DNA of 64,000 nt from Planctomycetota bacterium (lineage in GTDB: Bacteria > Planctomycetota > Planctomycetia > Pirellulales > UBA1268): positions 12,568 to 76,567 of the forward strand of contig JANNSZ010000077.1 in assembly GCA_031403195.1 (NCBI GenBank), given 5' to 3'. Below are positions 46,846-57,213 of this stretch, one piece after another. How positions within the stretch are numbered: the stretch's first letter is position 1; every line of letters starts with the position of its first letter. A program made the translations under genes and the position numbers. The notes beneath the pieces are model-generated. The model saw only the letters and a program-made list of their open reading frames with translations, did not search any database and was not told where the DNA came from.

Positions 46846-48575
46846 GGAATGCGTCCAACCTTTTCCTGTTGGGAGACTCGAGGCAGGGGCTCAGGCACGC
46901 CTCCGGCAAGTGGGCTTGTGAGACTCGTGCCGGCGCGGGTGGCGGCCGCCAAAAGGCCTCGGGGCTGGATCGTGACGAAGAACACGAGGATCAGGCATGT
47001 GAGCATCGCAAGGCCTCCGGCCAAGCCACCATCGGCTTGCACGCCCCGCTTCGTCGCCTTGAAGTACATCGCAGCAATGATCCGGAGATAGTACGCAGCG
47101 GCGATGGCAGCGTTGACCGCGAGGATCACGGCCAGTGAGACGAACCATGCGCGTCTGCTGCCCCACGCGATGGGCGCGGTCCAGTCAACTTCGAGCGCCC
47201 CAGCGGCGAGCGTCAGCTTGCCCCAGAACCCTGGCAGCGGTGGGATGCCGGCGAGGCTGAGCGCGAAGAGCGCGATCGCAAAAGCGGCCACTGGGTTGGT
47301 GCCCGAAAGGCCGTCGAGGTCGTCAACAGCAGCTATCTCTTCTCGAGGAGGACGCGGTCCGCTACCTGCTGTCCACTCGGGCCACCTGTGGCCGAGGTAG
47401 GCGAGCGCCCCGAAGATGCCGATCGTTGGAAGCACGTAGGTAGCGAGATAGAAGATTGAGGCCGTCATGCCCCCCAGGCCAAGCGTCCAGCGGGTGCCGA
47501 TCACAGCAGACTCCCCAGGAAGCTGTTCGGCCTGTGTAGCTGCCGCCGCTGCGGCGACAGCTACGCCCACCAGGAGGTAGCCGGCATGCGCGATGGACGA
47601 GCAGGCGAGGAGCCGACGGATGTTCTTCTGCCAGAGTGCCATGACGTTACCGACAGTCATGGTGATAGCTGCCAGCACGACGGTGAGCTGCCAGAAGAGA
47701 TCGAGCCACGCCTGAGCAGCCGGACCAATACCATTGGAAGAAGGTCCGGCTGCGAAGCCGAGGGCCAGGAGCCTGCCGAGCACGACGAGACCGGCGAGCT
47801 TGGGAAGGGTTGACAGCATCGCAGCATTCCCAGGACCGGTGCCTTCGTAGACATCGGGGGCATAAAAATGCATCGGCACAGCAGCCAGGCGAAACATCGT
47901 TCCCACCACCGTCATCCCGAGCGCCACAGGAAGCAGAATGGTCGCGATTCCCGAGATGGTCGCATCGCTCGATTGAAGGGCCGACGCAATGCCAGTCAGG
48001 CTTGTCGTGCCGGCAATGCCATAGAGCGTGGCAGCGCCGTACAGAAAAATGGACGATGCAATCAGCGACAGGAAAAAGTATTTGATGGACGCTTCCTGGC
48101 CACGAGCGTCTGTCCGCTTGAGACCCAGCAGAATGTAGGTGGGGATCGAGACGAGCTCGAGACCAGCGAAGAGAAGCACGAGGTCGCCCGCGATACCCAC
48201 GAGCGAAAGCCCGGCGAGCATGACGAGAAACGTGCCGGCCTCCTCGCAGGTGCCGCCATGCCGCAGCCCTGAGCCACGGCTCGCGGCCGAGGTGAAGATG
48301 TCACCGGACTGTACGAGGGCCAGGAGCACCCCGACGCCCAGCACGGTCCAGCGCACAAACGTCGAAAAGCCGTCGATCACGACCGGGCCCGCTGCGGCAA
48401 CCGCGTCGTCACCAGGCTGGCTTCCAGTCACGCTCATGGCCGCGGCGATGCCCACGAGGGCCACCATCCAGCCGTGCCTGAGCCCCGCGAAGGCACCACC
48501 GAGGTACGCGACGAGTGCCGCCGCGATCAGCACGATCTCGGGCGCGAGCAGGGTGAATGTTTCAAGCGAAGTCAT
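46842..48575 (-). CDS. nuoN: NADH-quinone oxidoreductase subunit N
   Basis: Polytopic antiporter-like subunit in the last position of the nuo operon. 4-nt overlap with nuoM. Confidence 0.9.
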   Translation of the reverse strand: MTSLETFTLLAPEIVLIAAALVAYLGGAFAGLRHGWMVALVGIAAAMSVTGSQPGDDAVAAAGPVVIDGFSTFVRWTVLGVGVLLALVQSGDIFTSAASRGSGLRHGGTCEEAGTFLVMLAGLSLVGIAGDLVLLFAGLELVSIPTYILLGLKRTDARGQEASIKYFFLSLIASSIFLYGAATLYGIAGTTSLTGIASALQSSDATISGIATILLPVALGMTVVGTMFRLAAVPMHFYAPDVYEGTGPGNAAMLSTLPKLAGLVVLGRLLALGFAAGPSSNGIGPAAQAWLDLFWQLTVVLAAITMTVGNVMALWQKNIRRLLACSSIAHAGYLLVGVAVAAAAAATQAEQLPGESAVIGTRWTLGLGGMTASIFYLATYVLPTIGIFGALAYLGHRWPEWTAGSGPRPPREEIAAVDDLDGLSGTNPVAAFAIALFALSLAGIPPLPGFWGKLTLAAGALEVDWTAPIAWGSRRAWFVSLAVILAVNAAIAAAYYLRIIAAMYFKATKRGVQADGGLAGGLAMLTCLILVFFVTIQPRGLLAAATRAGTSLTSPLAGGVPEPLPRVSQQEKVGRIP

Positions 48576-50251
48576 GGCGTCGAGGCAATGGGGGCGGCGA
48601 AGGTTGTATGCACGACTGGCAGGGAAGCTTCTTCAACGGTCATGCGGGCTGTAAATGCCGCGGCAGCATTGTCGGCGGCACTACGAACGGCGGCCGAGGC
48701 GGGCGCAAGAAAGGTCTGCGGCACGAGACCGATCCAAAACACGAAGACTGCCAGAGGAGCCAACGCGGCGAATTCATACCAGCGAAGATCGAGCCGTTCA
48801 TGCGAAGCCCCATGGCTGTCGTGACGAGGTGGCTCGCGTGATGGCCCAAAGAACACTCGCTGGACCGCCTGGAGCATGTACCAGGCGCCCAAGACGACGC
48901 CGCCGACGGCCAGGAGGGTCATCACAAGGTACGGGGTCTGCCAAGGCGCCGAGACACCGCTCCACGCTCGCTGAAACGAACCGGCGAGGATCATAAACTC
49001 GCCGACGAATCCGTTGAGCCCCGGCAGGCCGATACTCGAGAAGGTAAAAAGCATGAAGAACACCGTGAGCCACGGGGCCTTGGCAGCGATGCCGCCAAGG
49101 TTCGCGATGCTCCGGGTGTGAAACCTCTCGTAGATCATTCCCACGATCGCGAAGAGCCCTGCCGAGGCCAGACCGTGGTTGATGAGTTGGAGATTGGCTC
49201 CCTCGACTGCCAGCGGGGTGAGGGCAAAGAGTCCCATGACCACGTAGCCCATATGGCTCACCGAGGAGTAGGCCACGAGCCGCTTGAGGTCGGTTTGCAC
49301 AAGGGCGACCAGCGCGCCGTACACGATTCCTGCGACACCCAGCCCAAACAGCCAGGGAGCGGCCGCGGCAGTGGCCTCTGGCAGCATCGGAAGCGAGAAC
49401 CGGAGGAACCCATAGATACCGATTTTGAGGAGGACTCCGGCCAGATCCACGCTGCCCCCAGTCGGCGCCTCAACGTGGGCCAGGGGCAGCCAGGTGTGGA
49501 AGGGGACGATTGGCACCTTGACGGCGAATCCGGCCAACAGCGCGAGGAACACCACCATCTGGAGCCAGCCGCCTTCGGCCGACATCGGAAGTGGATGGAG
49601 AATCGTGGCGTCGGTGAGTCGCTCGATATCGAAGGTGATCGTGCCAGTGTGCGCCGTGTTCCAGAGCACGATCACGAGAAGGCCCAGGAACGTCAGGAGG
49701 CTGCCGGCGAGGGTGTAGACAAAGAACTTCACAGCGGCCTTCCGACGCTCTTCGTGGCCCCAGATGCCGATCAGGAAGAAGAGTGGCACGAGCGTGAATT
49801 CGAAGAAGACGTAAAACAGAAGGAGGTCGCGAGCCGCGAAGACGCCAAGCATCGCGGACTCGAGCACAAGCAGGAGTGCGTAGAACCCGACGGGACGGTC
49901 AGTGATCGCTTCCCAGCTCACAAATACGGCCGTCACAGTGAGCAGGGCCGAGAGTCCAAACATCCACAGCGAAAGGCCGTCGAGGCCCAGCGACAATTTG
50001 ACGTCGAAGAAGTCGCCGGTGAGCCAGGGCAGTTCGGTCCGCGCAAACGGGATTCCAGCGATGGCCGCGGGGTCACCGAGAAATCGGATCACAAGCCAAC
50101 CGGCCAGGCCGAGCGTGACCAGAGAGGTCACTGCGGCGCTCTGCCGCACGGCAGCGAGCCCCCGCGATCGCAGAACCCATGCCACGATCGCACCCAGGAG
50201 GGGCGTCACGATCGTCAACAGGAGGTGGGCCTGTGGGCTAAAGCCGTTCAT
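48572..50251 (-). CDS. nuoM: NADH-quinone oxidoreductase subunit M
   Basis: Antiporter-like subunit with typical WLPLAHVEAPTGGS motif. The ATG at 50251 (MNGFSPQAHLLL) is preferred to the Arg/Ser-rich extension to 50344. Confidence 0.9.
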   Translation of the reverse strand: MNGFSPQAHLLLTIVTPLLGAIVAWVLRSRGLAAVRQSAAVTSLVTLGLAGWLVIRFLGDPAAIAGIPFARTELPWLTGDFFDVKLSLGLDGLSLWMFGLSALLTVTAVFVSWEAITDRPVGFYALLLVLESAMLGVFAARDLLLFYVFFEFTLVPLFFLIGIWGHEERRKAAVKFFVYTLAGSLLTFLGLLVIVLWNTAHTGTITFDIERLTDATILHPLPMSAEGGWLQMVVFLALLAGFAVKVPIVPFHTWLPLAHVEAPTGGSVDLAGVLLKIGIYGFLRFSLPMLPEATAAAAPWLFGLGVAGIVYGALVALVQTDLKRLVAYSSVSHMGYVVMGLFALTPLAVEGANLQLINHGLASAGLFAIVGMIYERFHTRSIANLGGIAAKAPWLTVFFMLFTFSSIGLPGLNGFVGEFMILAGSFQRAWSGVSAPWQTPYLVMTLLAVGGVVLGAWYMLQAVQRVFFGPSREPPRHDSHGASHERLDLRWYEFAALAPLAVFVFWIGLVPQTFLAPASAAVRSAADNAAAAFTARMTVEEASLPVVHTTFAAPIASTP

Positions 50252-50276
50252 GGAGAGGGTCAAGGTCCTGGGGAAA

Positions 50277-52508
50277 TCAGGGGCGTAGCGTCCATGCGAG
50301 CGCGAGGACAATCGCGAGCGTGCCGATCGCGCCGAAGACGGCATACCGCTGCACGAGGCCCGACTGCAGCCTGCGAATGGCCGCGCCGGCGGCGAGCGGT
50401 ATGCCCGCTACGGCGCTCACGAGGCCATCGATGACATAGCGGTCAAACGCGGCCGCGAGCATGGCGAGAATCTCGAGAGGCCTCACAATCAAGGCCGTGT
50501 AGACCTCATCCACATAGAACCGGTGGGCGAAGAGCGTCTCAAGCGGTCCGAGAAAGCGATCCATCAAAGGGCCGTCACTGCGGCGTCCTAGGTAGCCAAG
50601 GGCGGCGAGGACGATACCCATGGCTGCGGCGAGCGTGCCCTGGATCGCAAGGTCAATGTGAAAGGCATGGGGTGTGGCGGTGGCGGCGACCGCCGGGCAG
50701 GCCAGCGACGGGGTGGCTGCCAAGAAGTTGGACAGCGCATGCGTCGAAAAAAGGAGCCAGCCGCTCACTGTTGCTGCGACAGCCAGGATCACGAGCGGCC
50801 ACGTCATCACCGGCGGTGATTCATGGGCATGGTGCCCAGCCTCATCAGGAACGCGGACCGGTCCTGTAAAGGTCATGAACACGGCGCGGAACGTGTAGAA
50901 GGCTGTGAGGAAGGCTGTGAACAGGCTCATCCAATAGAGCGTGCGGTAGGTGCCAGCGGCGGCTGTGTCAGATATGGCTTCGCGAACCGCTCCGCCACGG
51001 CTATCGCTCACGAGCCATAAGGGCTTGCCGGCTGAGGCATCAAGATCAAGGTGGGCCTGCGAGTCGTGCGTTGCCGATCCGTGGTGTTCAGCGTGGGCGT
51101 CGGGCCAGCCGCGGGCATGGAGCGATGCCAGAATCTCATCTTTGCTGAAAAACCCTGCGAAGGGCGCTACGCCAGCAAGCGCGAGCGAACCCACGAGGAA
51201 CGTGGCCGCCGTGATCGGCATCACGCTGCGAAGACCTCCAAACCGCCGCATGTCGATGACGCCACCCATCGAGTGCATCACCGAACCGGCTCCGAGGAAG
51301 AGCAGCGCCTTGAAGAAGGCGTGGGTCACAAGATGAAAAATGGCGGCGGTGAAACCAAGCAGTGTGCCCGTGCCGAGGCTTGCGAACATGAAGCCAAGCT
51401 GGCTGATGGTGGAGTAGGCGAGCACCCGTTTGAGGTCGTTCTGCACCGTGCCGATGAGGGCGGCAACAAACGCCGTGGTGGCCCCCACGATCGACACGAC
51501 GGTGAGCGCCTCCGGGCAGGCCACGTAGAGCGGGGCACATCGGGCCACGAGGTAAACGCCAGCAGTCACCATTGTCGCAGCATGGATCAACGCGCTGGCG
51601 GGGGTGGGGCCCTCCATGGCGTCGGGGAGCCAGACATGGAGCGGCAACTGAGCGCTCTTGCCGCATGCAGCGAGCAGGAGCAAGAGGCAGATCGCCGTGC
51701 CAACCGCTCCAGCGACATAGCCCGATGCGTCAGCGAGTCGTTCAGCCCCGAGAATGCCCGGCACGGGCGATGTCAGGGAGTCGTGAAAGTTCAGCGTGCC
51801 GTAGGTCATCCAAAGGAGGAACACGGCGACCGCGAGGCCGAAGTCGCCCACGCGGTTGACGAGGAAGGCTTTCTTGGCGGCGGCAGCCGCAGTCGGCTTC
51901 CGAAACCAGAAGCCGATGAGGAGGTAGGAACAGGCTCCGACCGCTTCCCAAAAGACGTAGACAAGCAGAAAGTTACTGGCCGCCACGAGCATCGACATCG
52001 AGAACACAAAGGCGGCCACCAACGCGAAAAATCGTGGGTATCCAGGATCGTCATGCATATAGCCGATCGAATAGATCGCGACCAAAAGACCGACACAGGT
52101 GATCACGGCGAGCATGACGGCCGTGAGCGGATCAAGCCGAAGGTCGATCCCAATGGAGAAGGGAAGCGATTCGGGCCGCCCGGCAGCCTTCGCCGAGAGG
52201 TCGATGCCGGGAGAATCTGCCGGAGGGACATAGGCGTCTGGCACGCTCGCCCACTGCCAGAGCGTTGTGATGCTTTCCACCGGCGCGGCTGACGCTGAGC
52301 CGTGATCGTCGTGGACCATCCCAAGAACCTCACGGCCAAGGCCGATGAGGAGGGTCACTGCGACGGCAGCGGCGGCTGCGATCGAGACCACCGCCGGCCA
52401 ATGGGCCTTGGAGCCGAGGAGCCGACCGAGGGCCACCGTGAGGATCGCGCCGGCAAGCGGCAGGGCCGGCACGAGGACGAGAAGCGTTGCTGGGTCGAGG
52501 CTGAACAT
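50277..52508 (-). CDS. nuoL: NADH-quinone oxidoreductase subunit L (long form, 743 aa)
   Basis: Antiporter-like core (WLPDAMEGPTPASALIHAATMVTAG) plus a His/Asp-rich insertion and the C-terminal lateral helix region. Confidence 0.9.
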   Translation of the reverse strand: MFSLDPATLLVLVPALPLAGAILTVALGRLLGSKAHWPAVVSIAAAAAVAVTLLIGLGREVLGMVHDDHGSASAAPVESITTLWQWASVPDAYVPPADSPGIDLSAKAAGRPESLPFSIGIDLRLDPLTAVMLAVITCVGLLVAIYSIGYMHDDPGYPRFFALVAAFVFSMSMLVAASNFLLVYVFWEAVGACSYLLIGFWFRKPTAAAAAKKAFLVNRVGDFGLAVAVFLLWMTYGTLNFHDSLTSPVPGILGAERLADASGYVAGAVGTAICLLLLLAACGKSAQLPLHVWLPDAMEGPTPASALIHAATMVTAGVYLVARCAPLYVACPEALTVVSIVGATTAFVAALIGTVQNDLKRVLAYSTISQLGFMFASLGTGTLLGFTAAIFHLVTHAFFKALLFLGAGSVMHSMGGVIDMRRFGGLRSVMPITAATFLVGSLALAGVAPFAGFFSKDEILASLHARGWPDAHAEHHGSATHDSQAHLDLDASAGKPLWLVSDSRGGAVREAISDTAAAGTYRTLYWMSLFTAFLTAFYTFRAVFMTFTGPVRVPDEAGHHAHESPPVMTWPLVILAVAATVSGWLLFSTHALSNFLAATPSLACPAVAATATPHAFHIDLAIQGTLAAAMGIVLAALGYLGRRSDGPLMDRFLGPLETLFAHRFYVDEVYTALIVRPLEILAMLAAAFDRYVIDGLVSAVAGIPLAAGAAIRRLQSGLVQRYAVFGAIGTLAIVLALAWTLRP

Positions 52509-52535
52509 GAATCGTGGTCGGGTGCGGCCGTGAGG

Positions 52536-52979
52536 CTACACATGCTCCCGTTGGAGAAGCTCGTCTTCGTCAATCGCTGGCTCAACGCCAGCAGGGGTAA
52601 GCCGGGGGAACTCCATGACGGTGTCGTCGTTCGCGGGCAACTCACGGTCGCCCACGCGGGGGAGGTTTGATTCGCGGAGAGACTGCCATGCAGCGACGTC
52701 GAGCCGGCCAGTGCGGGCGAAGGCCTGAAGCACGATCACCAGTGCGATCGCGGCTTCGCAGGCCGCAACAGTGAGCACAAAGATCACGAGGACGTGACCA
52801 CCCCAGTCGCCATGATGACGACTCCAGGCGACGAGCGAGACCGAGACCCCTTGAAGCATGAGCTCCGCTGAAAGAAACATCACGATGAGATTGCGGCGGG
52901 CAAGAATCCCCACGAGGCCAATCGCGAAGAGCATTGCACCGACGATCAGGCCGTCGAGCACCAGTGGCGAAGGATTCAT
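52536..52979 (-). CDS. nuoK: NADH-quinone oxidoreductase subunit K with an acidic C-terminal extension of about 45 aa
   Basis: Three-TM core (MFLSAELMLQGVSVSLVAW...) followed by a non-membrane tail ending ...EDELLQREHV. Confidence 0.88.
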   Translation of the reverse strand: MNPSPLVLDGLIVGAMLFAIGLVGILARRNLIVMFLSAELMLQGVSVSLVAWSRHHGDWGGHVLVIFVLTVAACEAAIALVIVLQAFARTGRLDVAAWQSLRESNLPRVGDRELPANDDTVMEFPRLTPAGVEPAIDEDELLQREHV

Positions 52980-53791
52980 GGGCCGGCCCTCCGGGCGACC
53001 GGAAGAGACTGCTCCTCAGCCGGCGTCCTTGAGACCATCGCGATCGAACCGATCAGGGCCACAAGCAGCAGCAAGCCAGCAGCTTCGACCGCCAGCAGAT
53101 GCCGTCCAAAAAGCTCGCCGCCGAGCCGGGCCACATGGTCTGTGGCGAGCGGGTCACCACCAGTCGAGTCAGTCGGTGGCAACGGCGCGATGGGGGGTGC
53201 CACCCCGCCCGCCAGTGCCGTCGCCTTCGAAGGCACCGCACAGCAGGTCGCCGGTCCGGCCGCCAGCCGGCCGATAAAGAGCGTGAGCAGGCCGAGCAAA
53301 ACGGCACCCGCGACCGCGGACAAGAGCGGCTCGTTGGAGACGCGGTCGTACGACGCCATGCCCGTGGGTTGGGCGAGCATCAGGACAAACAGGAACATGA
53401 CGAGGATCGCACCGGCGTAGACGATGATCGTCGCCACACCGAGGAATTGGGCCCCAAGAACAAGGAGGACACCGGCAACGCCGGCAAGCGCCAGCGCGAA
53501 CCAGATTGCTGAGTAGACCGGGGAGCGGGTGACGATCGTTGCAACTCCGCCAACCACGGCCACAAGAGACACGACAAGAAATGTTGCCTCTTCGCCAATC
53601 CCGCCGAGCCGGTGGCCGGTGGCGACGAAGAGCGAAAGGGCGACCGCGCCGAGGAGCATGCCGAACCGGCGGGACGACCGCTCGCGGAGGCCGCCTTCGC
53701 CCCTTGGAAGCAAGAGCCACACGCTCGCAGCAGCGCAGCCAACGGCCACGGCGAGCAGTGATCCGGTCGCGGAGAGCCCATCCTGCGTCAC
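52976..53791 (-). CDS. nuoJ: NADH-quinone oxidoreductase subunit J
   Basis: Operon position, TM pattern and SPVYSAIWFALALAGVAGV motif. Confidence 0.85.
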   Translation of the reverse strand: MTQDGLSATGSLLAVAVGCAAASVWLLLPRGEGGLRERSSRRFGMLLGAVALSLFVATGHRLGGIGEEATFLVVSLVAVVGGVATIVTRSPVYSAIWFALALAGVAGVLLVLGAQFLGVATIIVYAGAILVMFLFVLMLAQPTGMASYDRVSNEPLLSAVAGAVLLGLLTLFIGRLAAGPATCCAVPSKATALAGGVAPPIAPLPPTDSTGGDPLATDHVARLGGELFGRHLLAVEAAGLLLLVALIGSIAMVSRTPAEEQSLPVARRAGP

Positions 53792-54321
53792 AGCGTGCCC
53801 CCCAGTGAGGCCGACTTCATCGGTTCCGTATCCTTCGTCTGGTCATACACACTGAGCAGCTTTTCTTTGTCAAAAATCATCTCCTCACGGCTCTTGCCCG
53901 TGAGGTCGAGGAGGCTCGTCAGTTCGATCGCATCCACAGGACAGGCCTCTTCGCACATCCCACAAAAAATGCACCGCAGCTCGTCGATCTGGAAGGACTC
54001 AGGATATTTCTCGCGATCAGGCCACGGGCTCTCGGTTGCCACGATGTCGATGCAGTGGGCCGGGCATGCCGTGGCGCAAAGAAAGCAGGCCACGCACTTG
54101 ACCCGACCCTCGTCGTCGCGATTGAGGCGATGAACACCCCGGTAGATGAGTGGGTTGCCAACCGTGGGCCGCTCCTCGGGATAGCTCACTGTCACTTTGG
54201 GACTGACGAGGTGGCGTGCGGTGGTCGTAAGCCCTTGGAGGAAGAGCGGGAGATAGAGCCTCTCGCCGAGGGTGAGCGGCTTGTCAGCAAGCCAGGTGAT
54301 CGCTGAATCGGATGGCTTCAT
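53788..54321 (-). CDS. nuoI: NADH-quinone oxidoreductase subunit I
   Basis: Two 4Fe-4S ferredoxin motifs, CVACFLCATACP and CIFCGMCEEACP. The ATG at 54321 lies just downstream of the nuoH stop; the extension to 54495 is rejected. Confidence 0.9.
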   Translation of the reverse strand: MKPSDSAITWLADKPLTLGERLYLPLFLQGLTTTARHLVSPKVTVSYPEERPTVGNPLIYRGVHRLNRDDEGRVKCVACFLCATACPAHCIDIVATESPWPDREKYPESFQIDELRCIFCGMCEEACPVDAIELTSLLDLTGKSREEMIFDKEKLLSVYDQTKDTEPMKSASLGGTL

Positions 54322-54322
54322 G

Positions 54323-55579
54323 TCAGACCTCCACCAGTTCGTGCTCGATGTCGAGCGGCCCATGCGTACGGATGGGCGTGTTGTCGGTACCGGAGGGAGC
54401 CAGCATGCCCGCGGCAATGCAGCCGACAAAAAACACGCCCCAGGGAATGAGCACCGCGACCCATCCGGCGGATGATGCCCCGAGCGCATCCACAAGCTGT
54501 GGTCGGAACTCCTCGATCGTCGCCACGGTGACGAGATTGGTTAGGCCCAGCGGCAGCATTACCTTCCATGCCAGGCTCATGAGCTGATCAAAACGGAACC
54601 GTGGCCAACTCCAGCGGACGAGCATGAAGAACAGGATCACACCGAAGATCTTCGCTGAGAGCACGAGGAAGCGAATGATCGCGACAAGCCACGTCTCCAC
54701 TGGCCCAGAGCCCGTGATTCCCCAGAGGTGCCAGCCACCGAGGAACATGATCACGATCAAAAATGCCGCCGTCACCATGTGCAGAAACTCCGACACGAGA
54801 AACAGCAGGAGTTTGATTCCCGAGTATTCAGTGTGGTATCCGCCGACAAGTTCCTGTTCGGCCTCGGGCAGATCGAACGGGAGACGCGCCGCCTCGGCAA
54901 AACTCGCCACCAGGAAGACGATGAAACCGAGCGGCTGGGCAAAGACGTACCACGTGCCCGTCGATGCCTGCGCATCGATGATTCGATCAAGCCGCAGGGA
55001 TCCGGCCGCGAGCACGACACCCAAGAGGCCGAGGCCGAGGGGGATCTCATAGGCGACGAGTTGGGCACTGCTTCGCAGACCCCCAAGAAAACCGTACTTG
55101 TTGTTGCTCGCCCAGCCCCCGAGGAGCACGCCGTAGACCGCGATACTCGAAAGCGCAAAGACCCAGAGCACCCCGACATCGAGATTCGGGGCGACAAGGA
55201 GCGGCTCTTCACCCGTGAGGCCGAGCGCGGGAATGGGTGGGAGCGAGCTTCCAAACGGAATCGCGGCGAAGATTGCCAGCGACGCGGCCAGGAGCATGAG
55301 CGGTGCGGCAGCGTAGAGCACCTTATCGACATGCTTTGGCGTGAAGTCTTCTTTGAGGATGATCTTGAGCCCGTCTGCCAGCGGCTGGCCCAGACCGAAT
55401 AGCTTGATCTTGGTGAGTGGAATGCCAACGCGATTGGGACCCTTGCGGTCCTGTACCCACGCGGCCATCCACCGTTCGACGAGCACAAGGTAGGCCGCCG
55501 CGGTCATGAGCCCACCGATGAGCCCGCCGATTTTGACAAGCGCGACGATCGTCGCCATGGAGGGAAGGAGATCGCTCAT
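54323..55579 (-). CDS. nuoH: NADH-quinone oxidoreductase subunit H
   Basis: VERWMAAWVQDRKGPNRVG N-terminal signature in a polytopic protein. Confidence 0.92.
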   Translation of the reverse strand: MSDLLPSMATIVALVKIGGLIGGLMTAAAYLVLVERWMAAWVQDRKGPNRVGIPLTKIKLFGLGQPLADGLKIILKEDFTPKHVDKVLYAAAPLMLLAASLAIFAAIPFGSSLPPIPALGLTGEEPLLVAPNLDVGVLWVFALSSIAVYGVLLGGWASNNKYGFLGGLRSSAQLVAYEIPLGLGLLGVVLAAGSLRLDRIIDAQASTGTWYVFAQPLGFIVFLVASFAEAARLPFDLPEAEQELVGGYHTEYSGIKLLLFLVSEFLHMVTAAFLIVIMFLGGWHLWGITGSGPVETWLVAIIRFLVLSAKIFGVILFFMLVRWSWPRFRFDQLMSLAWKVMLPLGLTNLVTVATIEEFRPQLVDALGASSAGWVAVLIPWGVFFVGCIAAGMLAPSGTDNTPIRTHGPLDIEHELVEV

Positions 55580-57213
55580 GCCAGTTGCCTCACGCGGAGA
55601 TCAACGCCCGTTGGCGGCATCTCACCGCCGAGGGCTGCGAACGCGGCAGAGGACTCGGCAACCTGTTTTCGGACGGCTGCCGGATCGTAGAGGCCCCGGC
55701 GACCGAGCATGTTCCAGTAGAGGCGTCCTTCTGGCCAGACGCCGGCCGGCGGTCGGATGGCCTGCCTGAAGCTCTGGGCGTGATGGGCGAAATTCACCCA
55801 GGTGCCAGTCCGTTCAGCGAAGCCCGCCGCTGGGAGCCGCCAGGTGGCATGTGCCATAAGAGGAGAATCGAAAAGGTCTTGCACGACGAAGCACGGCAGG
55901 CCAGCAAATGCGGCTGCAGCAGCCTCGTCGATCCACGGCTGTGGATAGCCGGCTGTGATCCAGGCAGCATCGGCGTGGCCCGCGGAGACATGAGCGATGA
56001 GGTCGTTCCATGTCTTGCCACCGGCGCCGAAGGTCGCGAGGACCTCCTCCACACCTTTGCGGTTCGGGCACTTTTCACTTCGGATCGTGAAGCCACCTGG
56101 GAATGTTTCATCGTCGCCGGTCACCGGAACGTACCCGAGGGCGAGGAAGGCATCGGCGTCGATCGAACGGGCGACACCACAGAGCATCCAGGCTTCCTCG
56201 ACGGTGAGCATCGGCGAGACGGCGATGGCCAACCGACCGGCCTGTTCGAGGTCGGCCCGCAGGCCAGTGACCACGTCTGCCCACTCCGCGGGCTGAAACG
56301 CTGTGGCAGCGTGTCCGTGGCTCGCGCCACCGGCCGCGGCCCGGTGACCGGCAGACAGGATCCGCGAGTCATCGTGGAGGTGATGCCAGCCATACCGACC
56401 CTCATCGCAGATCCACCAGGTGTTCACATGCGGATTCTCACGGGGCTTGAGGCGGTAGACGGTATCCTGATTTTGTTCGGTCCAGATTGAGCAGCCGGCC
56501 GCACAGCCACCGCAGACATTGGCCTCTCGCTTCAGAAACCAGACCCGCTGCCGGTACAGAAAATCCTTGTCGCCGAGTGCGCCTACCGGGCAGAGGTCGA
56601 CCACGTTGCCGGCCAGCTTGTTGTCCAGCGGGAAGCCAGGGAAGACATCGATCTCTTCCTTCGCGCCGCGGCTGGTCACCATCAACTCGCCCGTGCCCGA
56701 CACCTCACGGGTAAACCGCACGCAGCGAGTACACATGATGCAGCGATCGACGAACAGGCTGATGGTAGGGCCGACATCTCGCTTGCGGCTCGTGAACGGC
56801 TGGATGTCAGCACGTCGCTCCGATTGGCCATGCTCAAAGTGATAGTCCTGCAGCAGGCACTCGCCCGCCTTGTCGCAGATCGGGCAGTCGATCGGATGAT
56901 CGATCAGAAGCGCCTCTTCAACGCGCGCCCGGCTCTCCTTCACCTTCTTGCTCTCGGTGACGATCACCGTGCCGTCCTTGACTGGCGTCTGGCATCCCGG
57001 CACGAGCTTGGGCACCATCGAGACCTTGCCCGTCGTGGCATCGCGCTGGCCCGTCTCGATCAAACACATCCGGCAGCTTGCAACTACCGACAGCCCTGGG
57101 TGCCAGCAGTAGTGCGGGATCTCTTTGCCAGCCCGACGAGCGGCCTCGATGCAATTGAGCCGCTCGTCGGCTCCGATCTCGATTTCTTGTCCGTCGACGA
57201 TGACGACCGGCAT
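55576..57213 (-). CDS. nuoG: NADH-quinone oxidoreductase subunit G (short form, 545 aa)
   Basis: 2Fe-2S region HYCWHPGLSVVASCRMC; 4Fe-4S motifs CPICDKAGEC and CIMCTRCVRF; CPVGAL. The molybdopterin-like C-terminal part is shortened. Confidence 0.9.
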   Translation of the reverse strand: MPVVIVDGQEIEIGADERLNCIEAARRAGKEIPHYCWHPGLSVVASCRMCLIETGQRDATTGKVSMVPKLVPGCQTPVKDGTVIVTESKKVKESRARVEEALLIDHPIDCPICDKAGECLLQDYHFEHGQSERRADIQPFTSRKRDVGPTISLFVDRCIMCTRCVRFTREVSGTGELMVTSRGAKEEIDVFPGFPLDNKLAGNVVDLCPVGALGDKDFLYRQRVWFLKREANVCGGCAAGCSIWTEQNQDTVYRLKPRENPHVNTWWICDEGRYGWHHLHDDSRILSAGHRAAAGGASHGHAATAFQPAEWADVVTGLRADLEQAGRLAIAVSPMLTVEEAWMLCGVARSIDADAFLALGYVPVTGDDETFPGGFTIRSEKCPNRKGVEEVLATFGAGGKTWNDLIAHVSAGHADAAWITAGYPQPWIDEAAAAAFAGLPCFVVQDLFDSPLMAHATWRLPAAGFAERTGTWVNFAHHAQSFRQAIRPPAGVWPEGRLYWNMLGRRGLYDPAAVRKQVAESSAAFAALGGEMPPTGVDLRVRQLA

